64,000 nt of DNA from Eubacteriales bacterium (GTDB taxonomy: Bacteria > Bacillota > Clostridia > Oscillospirales > CAG-272): positions 32,214 to 96,213 of the forward strand of contig JAZRQH010000172.1 of assembly GCA_045649645.1 (NCBI GenBank). Reading direction: 5' to 3'. Below the pieces are notes generated by a model, which did not search any database, was not told the origin of the DNA, and saw only the letters and a list, made by a program, of their open reading frames with translations. Of the stretch, positions 27,971-36,735 are shown in pieces. Positions within the stretch are counted from its first letter, which is position 1. Every line of letters starts with the position of its first letter. Both the position numbers and the translations under genes were made by a program.

Positions 27971-29062
27971 TTACTCCGCCTTAGGATTATTTTTTGCGAA
28001 TTCCTTCATGAATTCAACCAGTGCAACTACACCCTCGGTGGGCATAGCGTTATAGATGGACGCTCTCATGCCGCCAACAGAACGGTGCCCCTTGATGTTC
28101 TTAAAGCCTGCTGCGCCTGCTTCGGTAGCGAACTTCTTGTCGAGCTCAGCATCGCCTGTAACGAAGGTAACGTTCATCATAGAACGCGCTTCCTTTTCTG
28201 TAGGAGCGATATAGTAATCCTGGCTATCAAGATAATCGTAAAGAACAGCGCACTTCTTTTCGTTGATCTCCTTCATGCCTTCAAGACCACCGATAGAGAG
28301 GATCCACTCGTAAACGAGCTTAGCAACGTAGATGCACCAGCAAGGAGGGGTATTGTACATTGAATCTGCATCAGCAATGGTCTTATAATCGAGCATTACA
28401 GGGATATCCTCTCTTGCGTTGCCCATAAGATCCTCACGAATTATAACGATAGTAAGACCTGCGGGAGCCATATTCTTCTGCGCGCCGGCATAGATAACGC
28501 CGAACTTGGAAACATCAACAGGCTCGGAGATAATGCAGGAGCTCATATCAGCTACCAGAGGAATGTCACCTGTATCGGGGATATAATTCCACTTGGTTCC
28601 GTAGATGGTGTTGTTAAAGCAGATATGTACGTAGTCAGCGTCAGGTCTGAAGTCTTCCTTGGTGAGCTTGGGGATATATGTATTGTTCTTATCCTCGCTT
28701 GATGCAACAAGCTTAACGTCACCGTACTTCTGAGCTTCCTTATAAGCCTTCTTGGAGAACTGACCGGTTACAACGTAATCAGCCTTCTTGTTCTTATTCA
28801 TAAGATTAAGAGGAACTGCAGAGAACTGAGTGGAAGCACCGCCCTGTACAAAGAGAACCTTGTAATTATCGGGGATGTTCATCAGCTTACGGAGCAGAGC
28901 TTCAGCATCCTTAATGATAGCATCATATTCCTTGGAACGGTGGCTCATCTCCATAACGGACATACCGCTGTTCTGATAGCAAATCAAATCCTTCTGACAA
29001 GCCTCTAAAACAGCCATAGGAAGCATGGAGGGACCTGCAGAAAAGTTATATACTCTGTTCAT
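27971..29062 (-). CDS. serC: Phosphoserine aminotransferase
   Basis: MNRVYNFSAGPSMLP N-terminus, a GAQKN(M)APAG PLP-lysine region, and GGMRASIYNAMP near the C-terminus. Confidence 0.93.
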   Translation of the reverse strand: MNRVYNFSAGPSMLPMAVLEACQKDLICYQNSGMSVMEMSHRSKEYDAIIKDAEALLRKLMNIPDNYKVLFVQGGASTQFSAVPLNLMNKNKKADYVVTGQFSKKAYKEAQKYGDVKLVASSEDKNNTYIPKLTKEDFRPDADYVHICFNNTIYGTKWNYIPDTGDIPLVADMSSCIISEPVDVSKFGVIYAGAQKNMAPAGLTIVIIREDLMGNAREDIPVMLDYKTIADADSMYNTPPCWCIYVAKLVYEWILSIGGLEGMKEINEKKCAVLYDYLDSQDYYIAPTEKEARSMMNVTFVTGDAELDKKFATEAGAAGFKNIKGHRSVGGMRASIYNAMPTEGVVALVEFMKEFAKNNPKAE

Positions 29063-29083
29063 TGTTCTTTATCTCCTGTATAG

Positions 29084-29659
29084 TTAATTATTAATTATTA
29101 AGTCGTCGGTTTTGCGCTTGGGGACGTGATGAACGTTATTTTCATCTCTGTAATAAGCAACACTGCCGTCTTCGTCCTCGACTATGGGAAATTCAGCGGG
29201 GTATCCCAAAGCTAATGTAAGCTTCGGCTTGATGTTATCAGACAGACCGAAATGCTCTGCAACCATCGCAATATTGAAGCTGCCTATCATACAGCAACCG
29301 ATACCCTTCTCTCTTGCAAGCAGGTTTACCGTCTGTGCGGCAATACCAACGTCCTTAAGATACATCGTTTCGTTCGCGGTGACAAGCGTATCGTGACATA
29401 TCACTATATACGCCGTAGGTGAATGCTCTGCATCGGGTCCGTTATAGTTCGGCAAAAGTGCAGCCCATCTCGTCTGTGAGCGCATAAAATCGCATTCAGT
29501 CTTGTCTGAGACTAAAAGGTATTTTAATGCCTGATAATTGCAACTTGCGGGAATCAGCCTTAACGTATCGATAAAGGATACAAGCTCCTGTCTTGTTACC
29601 GGCTTAGACGTATCAAAGCTTCTGATACTGCGGGCTGCAGCTACGGTATCGTGCAGCAT
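29084..29659 (-). CDS. Nitroreductase family (FMN-dependent) protein
   Basis: RSIRSFD N-terminal motif, 191 aa, and typical nitroreductase-fold size. The start overlaps the pfp stop as TAATG. Confidence 0.8.
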   Translation of the reverse strand: MLHDTVAAARSIRSFDTSKPVTRQELVSFIDTLRLIPASCNYQALKYLLVSDKTECDFMRSQTRWAALLPNYNGPDAEHSPTAYIVICHDTLVTANETMYLKDVGIAAQTVNLLAREKGIGCCMIGSFNIAMVAEHFGLSDNIKPKLTLALGYPAEFPIVEDEDGSVAYYRDENNVHHVPKRKTDDLIINN

Positions 29660-30885
29660 TATTTTATAACAAAGTGTACGGGAAGACCGTTAACGTACTT
29701 GATATCAGGCTCTCCGTAGGTAAGAGGTGCGATATACTTAAGACATTCGTCGGTTACGTTATTACCGCGCTCGTTGATAAACTCGCGAGGTACCTCACGA
29801 ACCATATTCGCTATCTTCTGAATATCTTCGCTGGAACACTCTACCTTATAGGGATCGTCCGAGGTTCTGACGTAAGTCATCATCTTGCCTGTAGTACCTT
29901 CAACAGCTGCATTAACTGCTGCGGCACCTACCATAACAGATTCGTCAAGGTCGGTCTTTGAAGCGATATGAGAAGCACATCTCTGAAGAATATTAAGCTC
30001 CACGGAACGAACCTTACAGCCTATTCTGTCCTTAACCGCAAGTTCAAGCGCCTTGCCTGTACCGGAAAGATAAGCGTGTCCGAAAGCATCGGTAACACCC
30101 GACTGAGCAGAAGCTCCAACGTAGGTTCCGTCAGCAAATCTTGCGCCCTCGGAAACAGCTACTACAACGTTAGGATGTACTTCAAGTGCAGCACGTACAT
30201 CATCCATAAAGTTATCCATATCGAAATCAACCTCAGGAAGATATACAAGGTCGGGAGCAACGTCAGAGTTAAGTCTGGGAAGCGCTGCTGCGCATGTAAG
30301 CCAGCCAGCGTCACGACCCATGATCTCAACGATAGTAACAGCCTTTACCTTATATACAGCAGTATCGCGGAGAATCTCCTGCATAGAAGCCGCAATATAC
30401 TTGGCAGCAGAGCCGTAACCGGGAGTATGGTCGGTACCCATAACGTCGTTATCGATAGTCTTGGGAACACCCATAACTCTCATTTCGTAATCATTCTGAG
30501 CACAGTAAGCAGAAAGCTTAGCAACCGTATCCATAGAATCGTTACCGCCAATATAGAAGAAGTAACGTATATCGTGCTCCTTGAAGAAATTGATGATCTG
30601 CTCGTATACCTCGGGCTTTTCATCCATCTTGGGAAGCTTAAGTCTGCAGGAGCCGAGAGCGGCAGCGGGAGTATGGGAAAGAAGCTCAAGATCCTCTTCA
30701 CCCTTTATAATTTCGGAAAGGTTGCAAATAGTGCCCTTGAGGATACCCTCAACACCGTTTAGTGCACCGTATACCGTATTGATAGCTTCGGATTCAAAAG
30801 CGCCCTTAATAACGCCCGCGAGCGTAGCATTAATGGCAGCAGTAGGTCCGCCGGACTGTCCGACGATAGCGTTTCCTATTAACAT
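29659..30885 (-). CDS. pfp: 6-phosphofructokinase, probably pyrophosphate-dependent (Pfp type)
   Basis: GQSGGPTAAINA N-terminus and PKTIDND. The phosphoryl-donor loop reads GGNDS, with Asp where ATP-dependent PFKs have GGDGS Gly. Confidence 0.85.
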   Translation of the reverse strand: MLIGNAIVGQSGGPTAAINATLAGVIKGAFESEAINTVYGALNGVEGILKGTICNLSEIIKGEEDLELLSHTPAAALGSCRLKLPKMDEKPEVYEQIINFFKEHDIRYFFYIGGNDSMDTVAKLSAYCAQNDYEMRVMGVPKTIDNDVMGTDHTPGYGSAAKYIAASMQEILRDTAVYKVKAVTIVEIMGRDAGWLTCAAALPRLNSDVAPDLVYLPEVDFDMDNFMDDVRAALEVHPNVVVAVSEGARFADGTYVGASAQSGVTDAFGHAYLSGTGKALELAVKDRIGCKVRSVELNILQRCASHIASKTDLDESVMVGAAAVNAAVEGTTGKMMTYVRTSDDPYKVECSSEDIQKIANMVREVPREFINERGNNVTDECLKYIAPLTYGEPDIKYVNGLPVHFVIK

Positions 30886-30983
30886 TTTCTATGATCCTTC
30901 CATAAAAATAAATATTTACTCTATGATACAATATTGTGAATTAAATGTCAATAGAATATGGACAAATTTATAAAAAAGAAGAG

Positions 30984-31012
30984 TTGATTTAATGATACAT
31001 TTCTGTTATAAT
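30984..31012 (+). promoter_or_regulatory. Sigma-A promoter for cca (TTGATT-N17-TATAAT, TG-extended)
   Basis: TTGATT at 30984..30989, a 17-nt spacer ending in TGT, and TATAAT at 31007..31012. Confidence 0.5.
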
Positions 31013-31035
31013 ATCAATATTAAGGGGTGATGTCG

Positions 31036-32361
31036 ATGTTTCTGCCGGAATATGCCGCAAAAGCAATAGAAATAATGTGCAATAACGGTTATAAGGTATA
31101 CCCTGTTGGCGGCTGTGTTCGTAATTATATCATGGGGCTTACGCCTGATGATTACGATATGACCACAAGTGCGCTTCCCGCAGAGACTCTCGCAGCCTTC
31201 AAGGATTTCACTACCTTTGATGCAGGATTAAAGCACGGCACGGTGTCCGTGGTTATAGACAAACACGTTATTGAGATCACTACCCACCGCATAGAAACAT
31301 CTTATACTGACAACAGACACCCGGACGAAGTAATATTTACACGCGACCTCAGTGAGGATCTGCGCCGTCGTGATTTTACTATGAACGCTATTGCATACGA
31401 TAGTGAGAGTAATAGCTTTTTTGATCCGTATAACGGTATTTCGGATATAGAGAGTAAGCTCATACGAGCTGTCGGAGATCCTGCGCAAAGATTCAACGAA
31501 GACGGTCTCAGGATCCTTCGTGCTCTACGTTTTTCTTCGGTTCTGGGGTTTGATATAGAGGACAACACCTCAGCGGCAATACACAGCTGCAAAGAATTAT
31601 TAAGAAATATATCTCCTGAGCGAATATATACTGAATTCACAAAGCTTCTGTGCGGAAAGAACGTAGCAAGCGTTATTTCGGATTACCATGACGTAATAGC
31701 AGAATTCATCCCTGAGATCACACATATGATAGGCTTTGACCAACAAAACCCTCACCACTGCTATGACGTATTCCGGCATACATTGGTAACGATGGAATCT
31801 ATTGAACCCGATCCGTTACTACGTTGGACAATGCTGCTACACGATATAGGTAAGCCCGACACGTTTTTCCTTGACGAAAAGGGAGGACATTTTTTCGGTC
31901 ACTACAAAAACAGCACAGAAATCGCTAAGAAGATCTTATTAAGACTCAAAGCATCAAACGATACTATAAATAAAGTAACCACACTTATATACCACCATGA
32001 CAGCGTTATTCCCGAAACCGAAAAATCGGTAAGACGCCTGCTTATGAAGCTGGGATATGATATGACTCTGCTTTTGTATAAGGTAAACCGCGCCGATGCA
32101 AAAGGACAGACACCGAGCCAGATTGAGGAAAGACTGCAGCATTTCAACAGACTGGAAGAGATCACCAAGGATATCATATCAGCAAACGAATGCTTTTCTC
32201 TGAAGGATATGGATATATCCGGAAAGGATATCATAGCGCTTGGCGTCCCTCCGGGTAAAAGGATAGGTCAGATACTTGACATCCTCCTTAACGAGGTTAT
32301 AGACGGTGAGATCAATAACGAAAAGGAGACTCTTATACAAAGAGCCTCTGAACTAAAGTAA
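31036..32361 (+). CDS. cca: CCA-adding tRNA nucleotidyltransferase (class II, with HD domain)
   Basis: YPVGGCVRNYIMG...DYDMTT, RRDFTMNA and the HD region HDIGKP. Start set at the ATG 8 nt after AAGGGG. Confidence 0.85.
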   Translation: MFLPEYAAKAIEIMCNNGYKVYPVGGCVRNYIMGLTPDDYDMTTSALPAETLAAFKDFTTFDAGLKHGTVSVVIDKHVIEITTHRIETSYTDNRHPDEVIFTRDLSEDLRRRDFTMNAIAYDSESNSFFDPYNGISDIESKLIRAVGDPAQRFNEDGLRILRALRFSSVLGFDIEDNTSAAIHSCKELLRNISPERIYTEFTKLLCGKNVASVISDYHDVIAEFIPEITHMIGFDQQNPHHCYDVFRHTLVTMESIEPDPLLRWTMLLHDIGKPDTFFLDEKGGHFFGHYKNSTEIAKKILLRLKASNDTINKVTTLIYHHDSVIPETEKSVRRLLMKLGYDMTLLLYKVNRADAKGQTPSQIEERLQHFNRLEEITKDIISANECFSLKDMDISGKDIIALGVPPGKRIGQILDILLNEVIDGEINNEKETLIQRASELK

Positions 32362-33030
32362 TTCTTTTATCTTTTCAAGCGCAGCCTTTTCGATACGGGA
32401 AACGTAGGATCTTGATATACCAAGCATAACTGCGATCTCTCTCTGAGTTTTTGCAGGTCTGCCGTCAAGACCATACCGCAGTATTATTATCTCCTTTTCC
32501 CTTTTGCTCAGCTTGTTTTTGATGATATCTACCGCCTTTTTGCAGTTTATACGGCTGTATATATCCTCGGCTATGGTATCGTCACAGCTTATTATATCGA
32601 TATACGTTAAAGGATTTCCGTCCTTATCCATATCTATCGCTTCATTTATCGATACTTCGTTTAACAGCTTTTTCTGAGAACGAAAATACATTAATATCTC
32701 ATTCTGAACACAACGGCTGGCATACGTAGCAAATCTTGCCCCGTTTGATACATCAAAGGAGTCTATAGCCTTGATCAGTCCGATCGTTCCTATAGACATA
32801 AGATCCTCAGGGTTCTTTGTTCCCGTGTAATATTTCTTGACTATGTGAGCGACCAGCCTCAGATTATGCTCTATCAGTAATTCCCTTGCCTTCATATCCC
32901 CTTCCTTAGCAAGGACAAAGTATTCTCTTTCTTTATCCGTCGGCAAAGGCGGAGGAAAATTATTACTCCCCGACACACGAAGAAACACACCTACAAATTT
33001 CATTAACGTACCGAACAACGTACCAATCAT
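32353..33030 (-). CDS. sigK: Sporulation sigma factor K (pro-sigma-K), uninterrupted
   Basis: Hydrophobic pro-sequence followed by NNFPPPL, LIEHNLRLVAHIVKKY and SIGTIGLIKAIDSF. By recollection this closely parallels B. subtilis SigK (NNAFPQPL, LIEHNLRLVAHIVKKF). Start set at the ATG 7 nt after AGGAG. Confidence 0.85.
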   Translation of the reverse strand: MIGTLFGTLMKFVGVFLRVSGSNNFPPPLPTDKEREYFVLAKEGDMKARELLIEHNLRLVAHIVKKYYTGTKNPEDLMSIGTIGLIKAIDSFDVSNGARFATYASRCVQNEILMYFRSQKKLLNEVSINEAIDMDKDGNPLTYIDIISCDDTIAEDIYSRINCKKAVDIIKNKLSKREKEIIILRYGLDGRPAKTQREIAVMLGISRSYVSRIEKAALEKIKELL

Positions 33031-33072
33031 ATCATCACTCCTCAAGCTATTATATTAAAAGGAAGCGTAATT

Positions 33073-33954
33073 ATGCTCTACTCTGTTATTGATATAGGCT
33101 CTAATACTGTAAAATGTCAGGTATATTCTGTTGACGGTAAGGATATCAAGCCAACAAACTTTTTCACCCGACAGCTTGGACTTATCGCAAAAATTTCAGA
33201 CGGTATTCTGCCCGAATACGCGATCAAAGAGCTTACGGACACTATAAACGATTATAAGAATAAAGTCGATTCTAAGGTATATTGCTTTGCAACCGAAAGT
33301 CTGCGTAAGACCGAAAATCTCAACGAAATCGCAAAACGAATCAAAGAAGATTGCCAGCTTGAGCTTGAACTGATATCCGGTAAAGATGAGGCGCTGCTTA
33401 GCTTTTCGGGATTTCTTGCTAATTCTCCTGACATAACCGATGGAATAATGGTGGATATGGGCGGCGGAAGTACGGAGATATTAAAATTCAGTGACAGCCA
33501 GCCCCTGCACCTCAACTCGTTTAAGTTCGGTTGTTTGTCATTACGTAAGGAGTACGTAAAGGACAGATTTCCCAATGATGATGAAATGAAGAAGATCAAA
33601 GCAAGAGTCAAAGACGAGCTATGCGGATTCGCTTGGATAAAGGACTGCAAAAGATTATGCCTTATCGGCGGCACAGGCAGTGCTATAGGCAAATTGGCAT
33701 TTGAATTAGGTTATACGACGGTTCCGGAATTTTCGAGCACAACCTTTATGAAGCTTTTTGACCGCTTAAGCGATCCCGATGAACAGACAGCAGCATTGCT
33801 GGAAAAACACATTCCTGCAAGAATCGAAACCATAATTCCTGGAATGTGTGCATACAGACAGATAATAGAAACGGTTAATGCCGATACGGTGTATATTTCA
33901 AAAGGAGGTATCCGTGACGGATATCTTTACAGAAAACTCAGAGGACAGATATGA
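33073..33954 (+). CDS. Ppx/GppA phosphatase family protein (ASKHA fold, catalytic domains only)
   Basis: VIDIGSNTVKCQVY, ISGKDEALLSF and VDMGGGSTEI motifs, 293 aa. Confidence 0.8.
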   Translation: MLYSVIDIGSNTVKCQVYSVDGKDIKPTNFFTRQLGLIAKISDGILPEYAIKELTDTINDYKNKVDSKVYCFATESLRKTENLNEIAKRIKEDCQLELELISGKDEALLSFSGFLANSPDITDGIMVDMGGGSTEILKFSDSQPLHLNSFKFGCLSLRKEYVKDRFPNDDEMKKIKARVKDELCGFAWIKDCKRLCLIGGTGSAIGKLAFELGYTTVPEFSSTTFMKLFDRLSDPDEQTAALLEKHIPARIETIIPGMCAYRQIIETVNADTVYISKGGIRDGYLYRKLRGQI

Positions 33955-34721
33955 AAAAAGAAGAATCCAGATTTATACAGAGCAATTTGTTTGAAGGCAT
34001 GGTCTCTATACGTGCTATTATCAACGCTTGTGACAACAACATCTCCGAAAGAAGGATAACCAACGTATACGTTTCCGAAGACAAGGCAAAAAAGCGCGCC
34101 AAGGAGCTTTCCTATATAAAGGCAAGATCCTATGATCTGGGATACAGCATTGAGACTGTTTCTGCAGAAGAGTTTGATCCGTTAACCATCGGAAACACCC
34201 ACGGCGGTCTGATATGCCGCTGCACAGACAGAAGCATACCTGTACTTACCGCGAAGGATATTAAAGATAAGGGCTTTTATGTTATGCTTGACGGAATAGA
34301 GGACCCCTATAACTTCGGATACGCCATCCGCAGTCTGTACGCCGCAGGTGTTGACGGTATCATCCTCGCACCGCGCAACTGGATGACTGCAGCAGGTGTG
34401 GTGTGCCGTGCTTCAGCGGGTGCAAGCGAAACCGTCCCTATGTACATGTGTGACGGAGTAGGTGCGTCCGAGATATTCAAAACCAAAGGCTACAGCGTTA
34501 TCTGTTCTGATATCAAAAACTCTGTTTCTGCATACGAAACAGAGCTCAAGTTCCCTATCTTCCTTATTGTAGGCGGAGAAAAAAGAGGAATAAGCAGCGA
34601 ATTGCTCGATCAGTGCGACAAGATCGTAAGACTTGATTATAAGGGTGATTTCGGGATGGCACTTTCAGCTGCCAGTGCAGCTTCAATACTTGCATTTGAA
34701 ATAATGAGACAGAATCTATGA
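33951..34721 (+). CDS. TrmH/SpoU family RNA 2'-O-methyltransferase (RlmB-like)
   Basis: LDGIEDPYNFGYAIRS, LIVGGEKRGIS and LSAASAASILAFE correspond to SPOUT motifs 1-3. ATGA overlap with the upstream gene. Confidence 0.8.
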   Translation: MKKEESRFIQSNLFEGMVSIRAIINACDNNISERRITNVYVSEDKAKKRAKELSYIKARSYDLGYSIETVSAEEFDPLTIGNTHGGLICRCTDRSIPVLTAKDIKDKGFYVMLDGIEDPYNFGYAIRSLYAAGVDGIILAPRNWMTAAGVVCRASAGASETVPMYMCDGVGASEIFKTKGYSVICSDIKNSVSAYETELKFPIFLIVGGEKRGISSELLDQCDKIVRLDYKGDFGMALSAASAASILAFEIMRQNL

Positions 34722-36001
34722 AATTTAAAAGAAGACAAAGATGGCTAAAGCTTGATAATGCGGCTAAGATCTTCCCTGCCGCACGAACAAGGACCTGGAC
34801 AAACGTTTTCAGACTGTCCGCTACTTTGATAGAAGATATAGATACCGAAATATTGCAGAAATCGGTTTGTGATATTAAAAGGAGATTTCCTTCTATATGC
34901 GTACACCTGGATAACGGCATATTTTGGTACTACATCGAGGAAACACCGAATGCACCTACAGTGACGAAGGAAGGTCCTCACGCCTGTATGAAAATGGAAT
35001 TCTCCGAAATAAGGAGATGCGCCGTAAGAATACTCTGTTATAAAAACAGAATATCAGCAGAGTTCTTCCATTCCCTCACCGACGGCAATGGTGCTCTTGT
35101 GTTTCTTAAGACCCTTGTAGCAACTTATCTTGAAAACAGATACGGTATTGATGTACCTCATACTGACGGTGTTCTGGATATATCAGTAAGGGCAAAGAAA
35201 GAAGAACTTGAGGACAGCTTTTTAAAGTATGCGGGCAGAATAGCCTCAGGCAGACGTGATACCGACGCTTATATGCAGAGCGGTACGCCGATTGAGGATG
35301 GCTTCACCCCTCTTATTACCGGCGTAATAGACGTTGACGAGATAAAGACGATATGCAAGCAATACGGTGTAAGCGTTACCACCTACCTTGCGTCAGTTAT
35401 GGCGTATGCTTTCCAGTCCATACAGGAAAAAGAAATATTAAAGCAGAAAAACAGGAAGCCTGTCAAAATATTTCTGCCGGTAAATTTAAGAAACTTTTAT
35501 CCCTCGAACACCTTGCGTAATTTTATACTTTACGTGATTCCGGGAATAAGTACAAAGCTCGGTCATTATGAGTTAGATGAAATAATCAAAAGCTTTCACC
35601 ATCAGATAGGCTACGGACTTACCGAAAAGAATATGAATGCTCTTATGGCAACAAACGTCAAGGATGAGCTAAATCCGTTATTGAGAGCGGTTCCCCTTTT
35701 CATCAAGAACCCGGTGATGAAGACAGTTTACAATCTTACAGGTGAGCGAAAATCCAGTATCAGTATGTCTAACCTCGGTAACGTAAAGATACCTAACGTA
35801 ATGGCGGATTACGTTGAAAGATTTGACTTTATCCTAAGCCCTCAGGCAACACAGCCGTCGGGATGCAGTGTAATATCCTTCAAAGGCAAGCTTTACATAA
35901 GCTTTGTCAGAAAGATCAAAGAACCAAAACTGGAAAAAGAATTCTTTACTACTCTTGTAAAGCAAGGGATTCACGTAAAGATAGAAACCAACAGGAGGTA
36001 G
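34718..36001 (+). CDS. Condensation/alcohol-acetyltransferase-like acyltransferase (HxxxDG motif), function unknown
   Basis: 427 aa with FFHSLTDGNGALVF at about residue 105, the catalytic His motif of the CAT / NRPS-C / WS-DGAT / PapA5 superfamily. ATGA overlap with trmH. Confidence 0.55.
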   Translation: MKFKRRQRWLKLDNAAKIFPAARTRTWTNVFRLSATLIEDIDTEILQKSVCDIKRRFPSICVHLDNGIFWYYIEETPNAPTVTKEGPHACMKMEFSEIRRCAVRILCYKNRISAEFFHSLTDGNGALVFLKTLVATYLENRYGIDVPHTDGVLDISVRAKKEELEDSFLKYAGRIASGRRDTDAYMQSGTPIEDGFTPLITGVIDVDEIKTICKQYGVSVTTYLASVMAYAFQSIQEKEILKQKNRKPVKIFLPVNLRNFYPSNTLRNFILYVIPGISTKLGHYELDEIIKSFHHQIGYGLTEKNMNALMATNVKDELNPLLRAVPLFIKNPVMKTVYNLTGERKSSISMSNLGNVKIPNVMADYVERFDFILSPQATQPSGCSVISFKGKLYISFVRKIKEPKLEKEFFTTLVKQGIHVKIETNRR

Positions 36002-36003
36002 CA

Positions 36004-36708
36004 ATGTCATACTGTGTTAACTGCGGTGTAGAGCTGGCTGAATATATAAAGAAATGCCCGTTGTGCTCAACGGAAGTAATCAACCCCAATCAGCCTTACG
36101 ATTTCGCTTCTTCACCTCCATATCCCGAGTATCAGCCTGTACCCAAGCAGAAGCTGAGCGCAAAGCTTGTTCTTGGAATAATAGCCATACTGTTTTTGCT
36201 TCCCGTTGCCGTTTGCATGACGGCAGATATAGCATACGACGGTGTTATCGGTTGGTCTGGATACGTTATAACCTCTCTGTTTGCCGTATACACTTTTATC
36301 GCTTCTGCGTTGACCGTTCACGGCGAATCCTTGCTGTTAGAACAGATATTCGACTATATGGCGATACTGTTGCTGTTAGTATATATCGAAGAGCACAGTG
36401 CCGGGGCCTGGTTTTTACCTTTAGCGTTGCCGATAACCGTCTGTGTTGCACTGACCACTCTCGTACTGACCTTCTTTGCAAGGATACTAAAAAAACGTAT
36501 ACTGACGGTTGTTTCTGTCGGAATGTTTCTTTCGAGTATAGTATGCGTAGTTTGTGATATACTGATCAAATACAATTATTTCAACAGCATATCTATAGGT
36601 TGGTCGTTATACCCCTTCATATCGTTGGTGATCATAGGCTCGGTGTTATTGTTTATTGACAATAACAAGTACATCAAGCGCAGACTTGAGAAAAAATTCT
36701 TCATATAA
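36004..36708 (+). CDS. Zinc-ribbon polytopic membrane protein, function unknown
   Basis: N-terminal CVNCG...CPLC ribbon, a Pro/Tyr-rich linker, then about 6 hydrophobic helices. The ATG lies 2 nt after the upstream stop. Confidence 0.6.
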   Translation: MSYCVNCGVELAEYIKKCPLCSTEVINPNQPYDFASSPPYPEYQPVPKQKLSAKLVLGIIAILFLLPVAVCMTADIAYDGVIGWSGYVITSLFAVYTFIASALTVHGESLLLEQIFDYMAILLLLVYIEEHSAGAWFLPLALPITVCVALTTLVLTFFARILKKRILTVVSVGMFLSSIVCVVCDILIKYNYFNSISIGWSLYPFISLVIIGSVLLFIDNNKYIKRRLEKKFFI

Positions 36709-36709
36709 T

Positions 36710-36735
36710 AAATGGACAGCAAATGCTGTCCATTT
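36710..36735. terminator. Bidirectional terminator between the convergent zinc-ribbon and Cys-rich genes
   Basis: 11-bp perfect stem AAATGGACAGC/GCTGTCCATTT with an AAAT loop. It abuts both stop codons. Confidence 0.75.

Noticed and set aside
32353-33030. Checked sigK for a skin-type intervening element or split gene
   Set aside because: The ORF is continuous from the pro-sequence through region 4 (230 codons listed, about 225 from the preferred start). There is no recombinase nearby.
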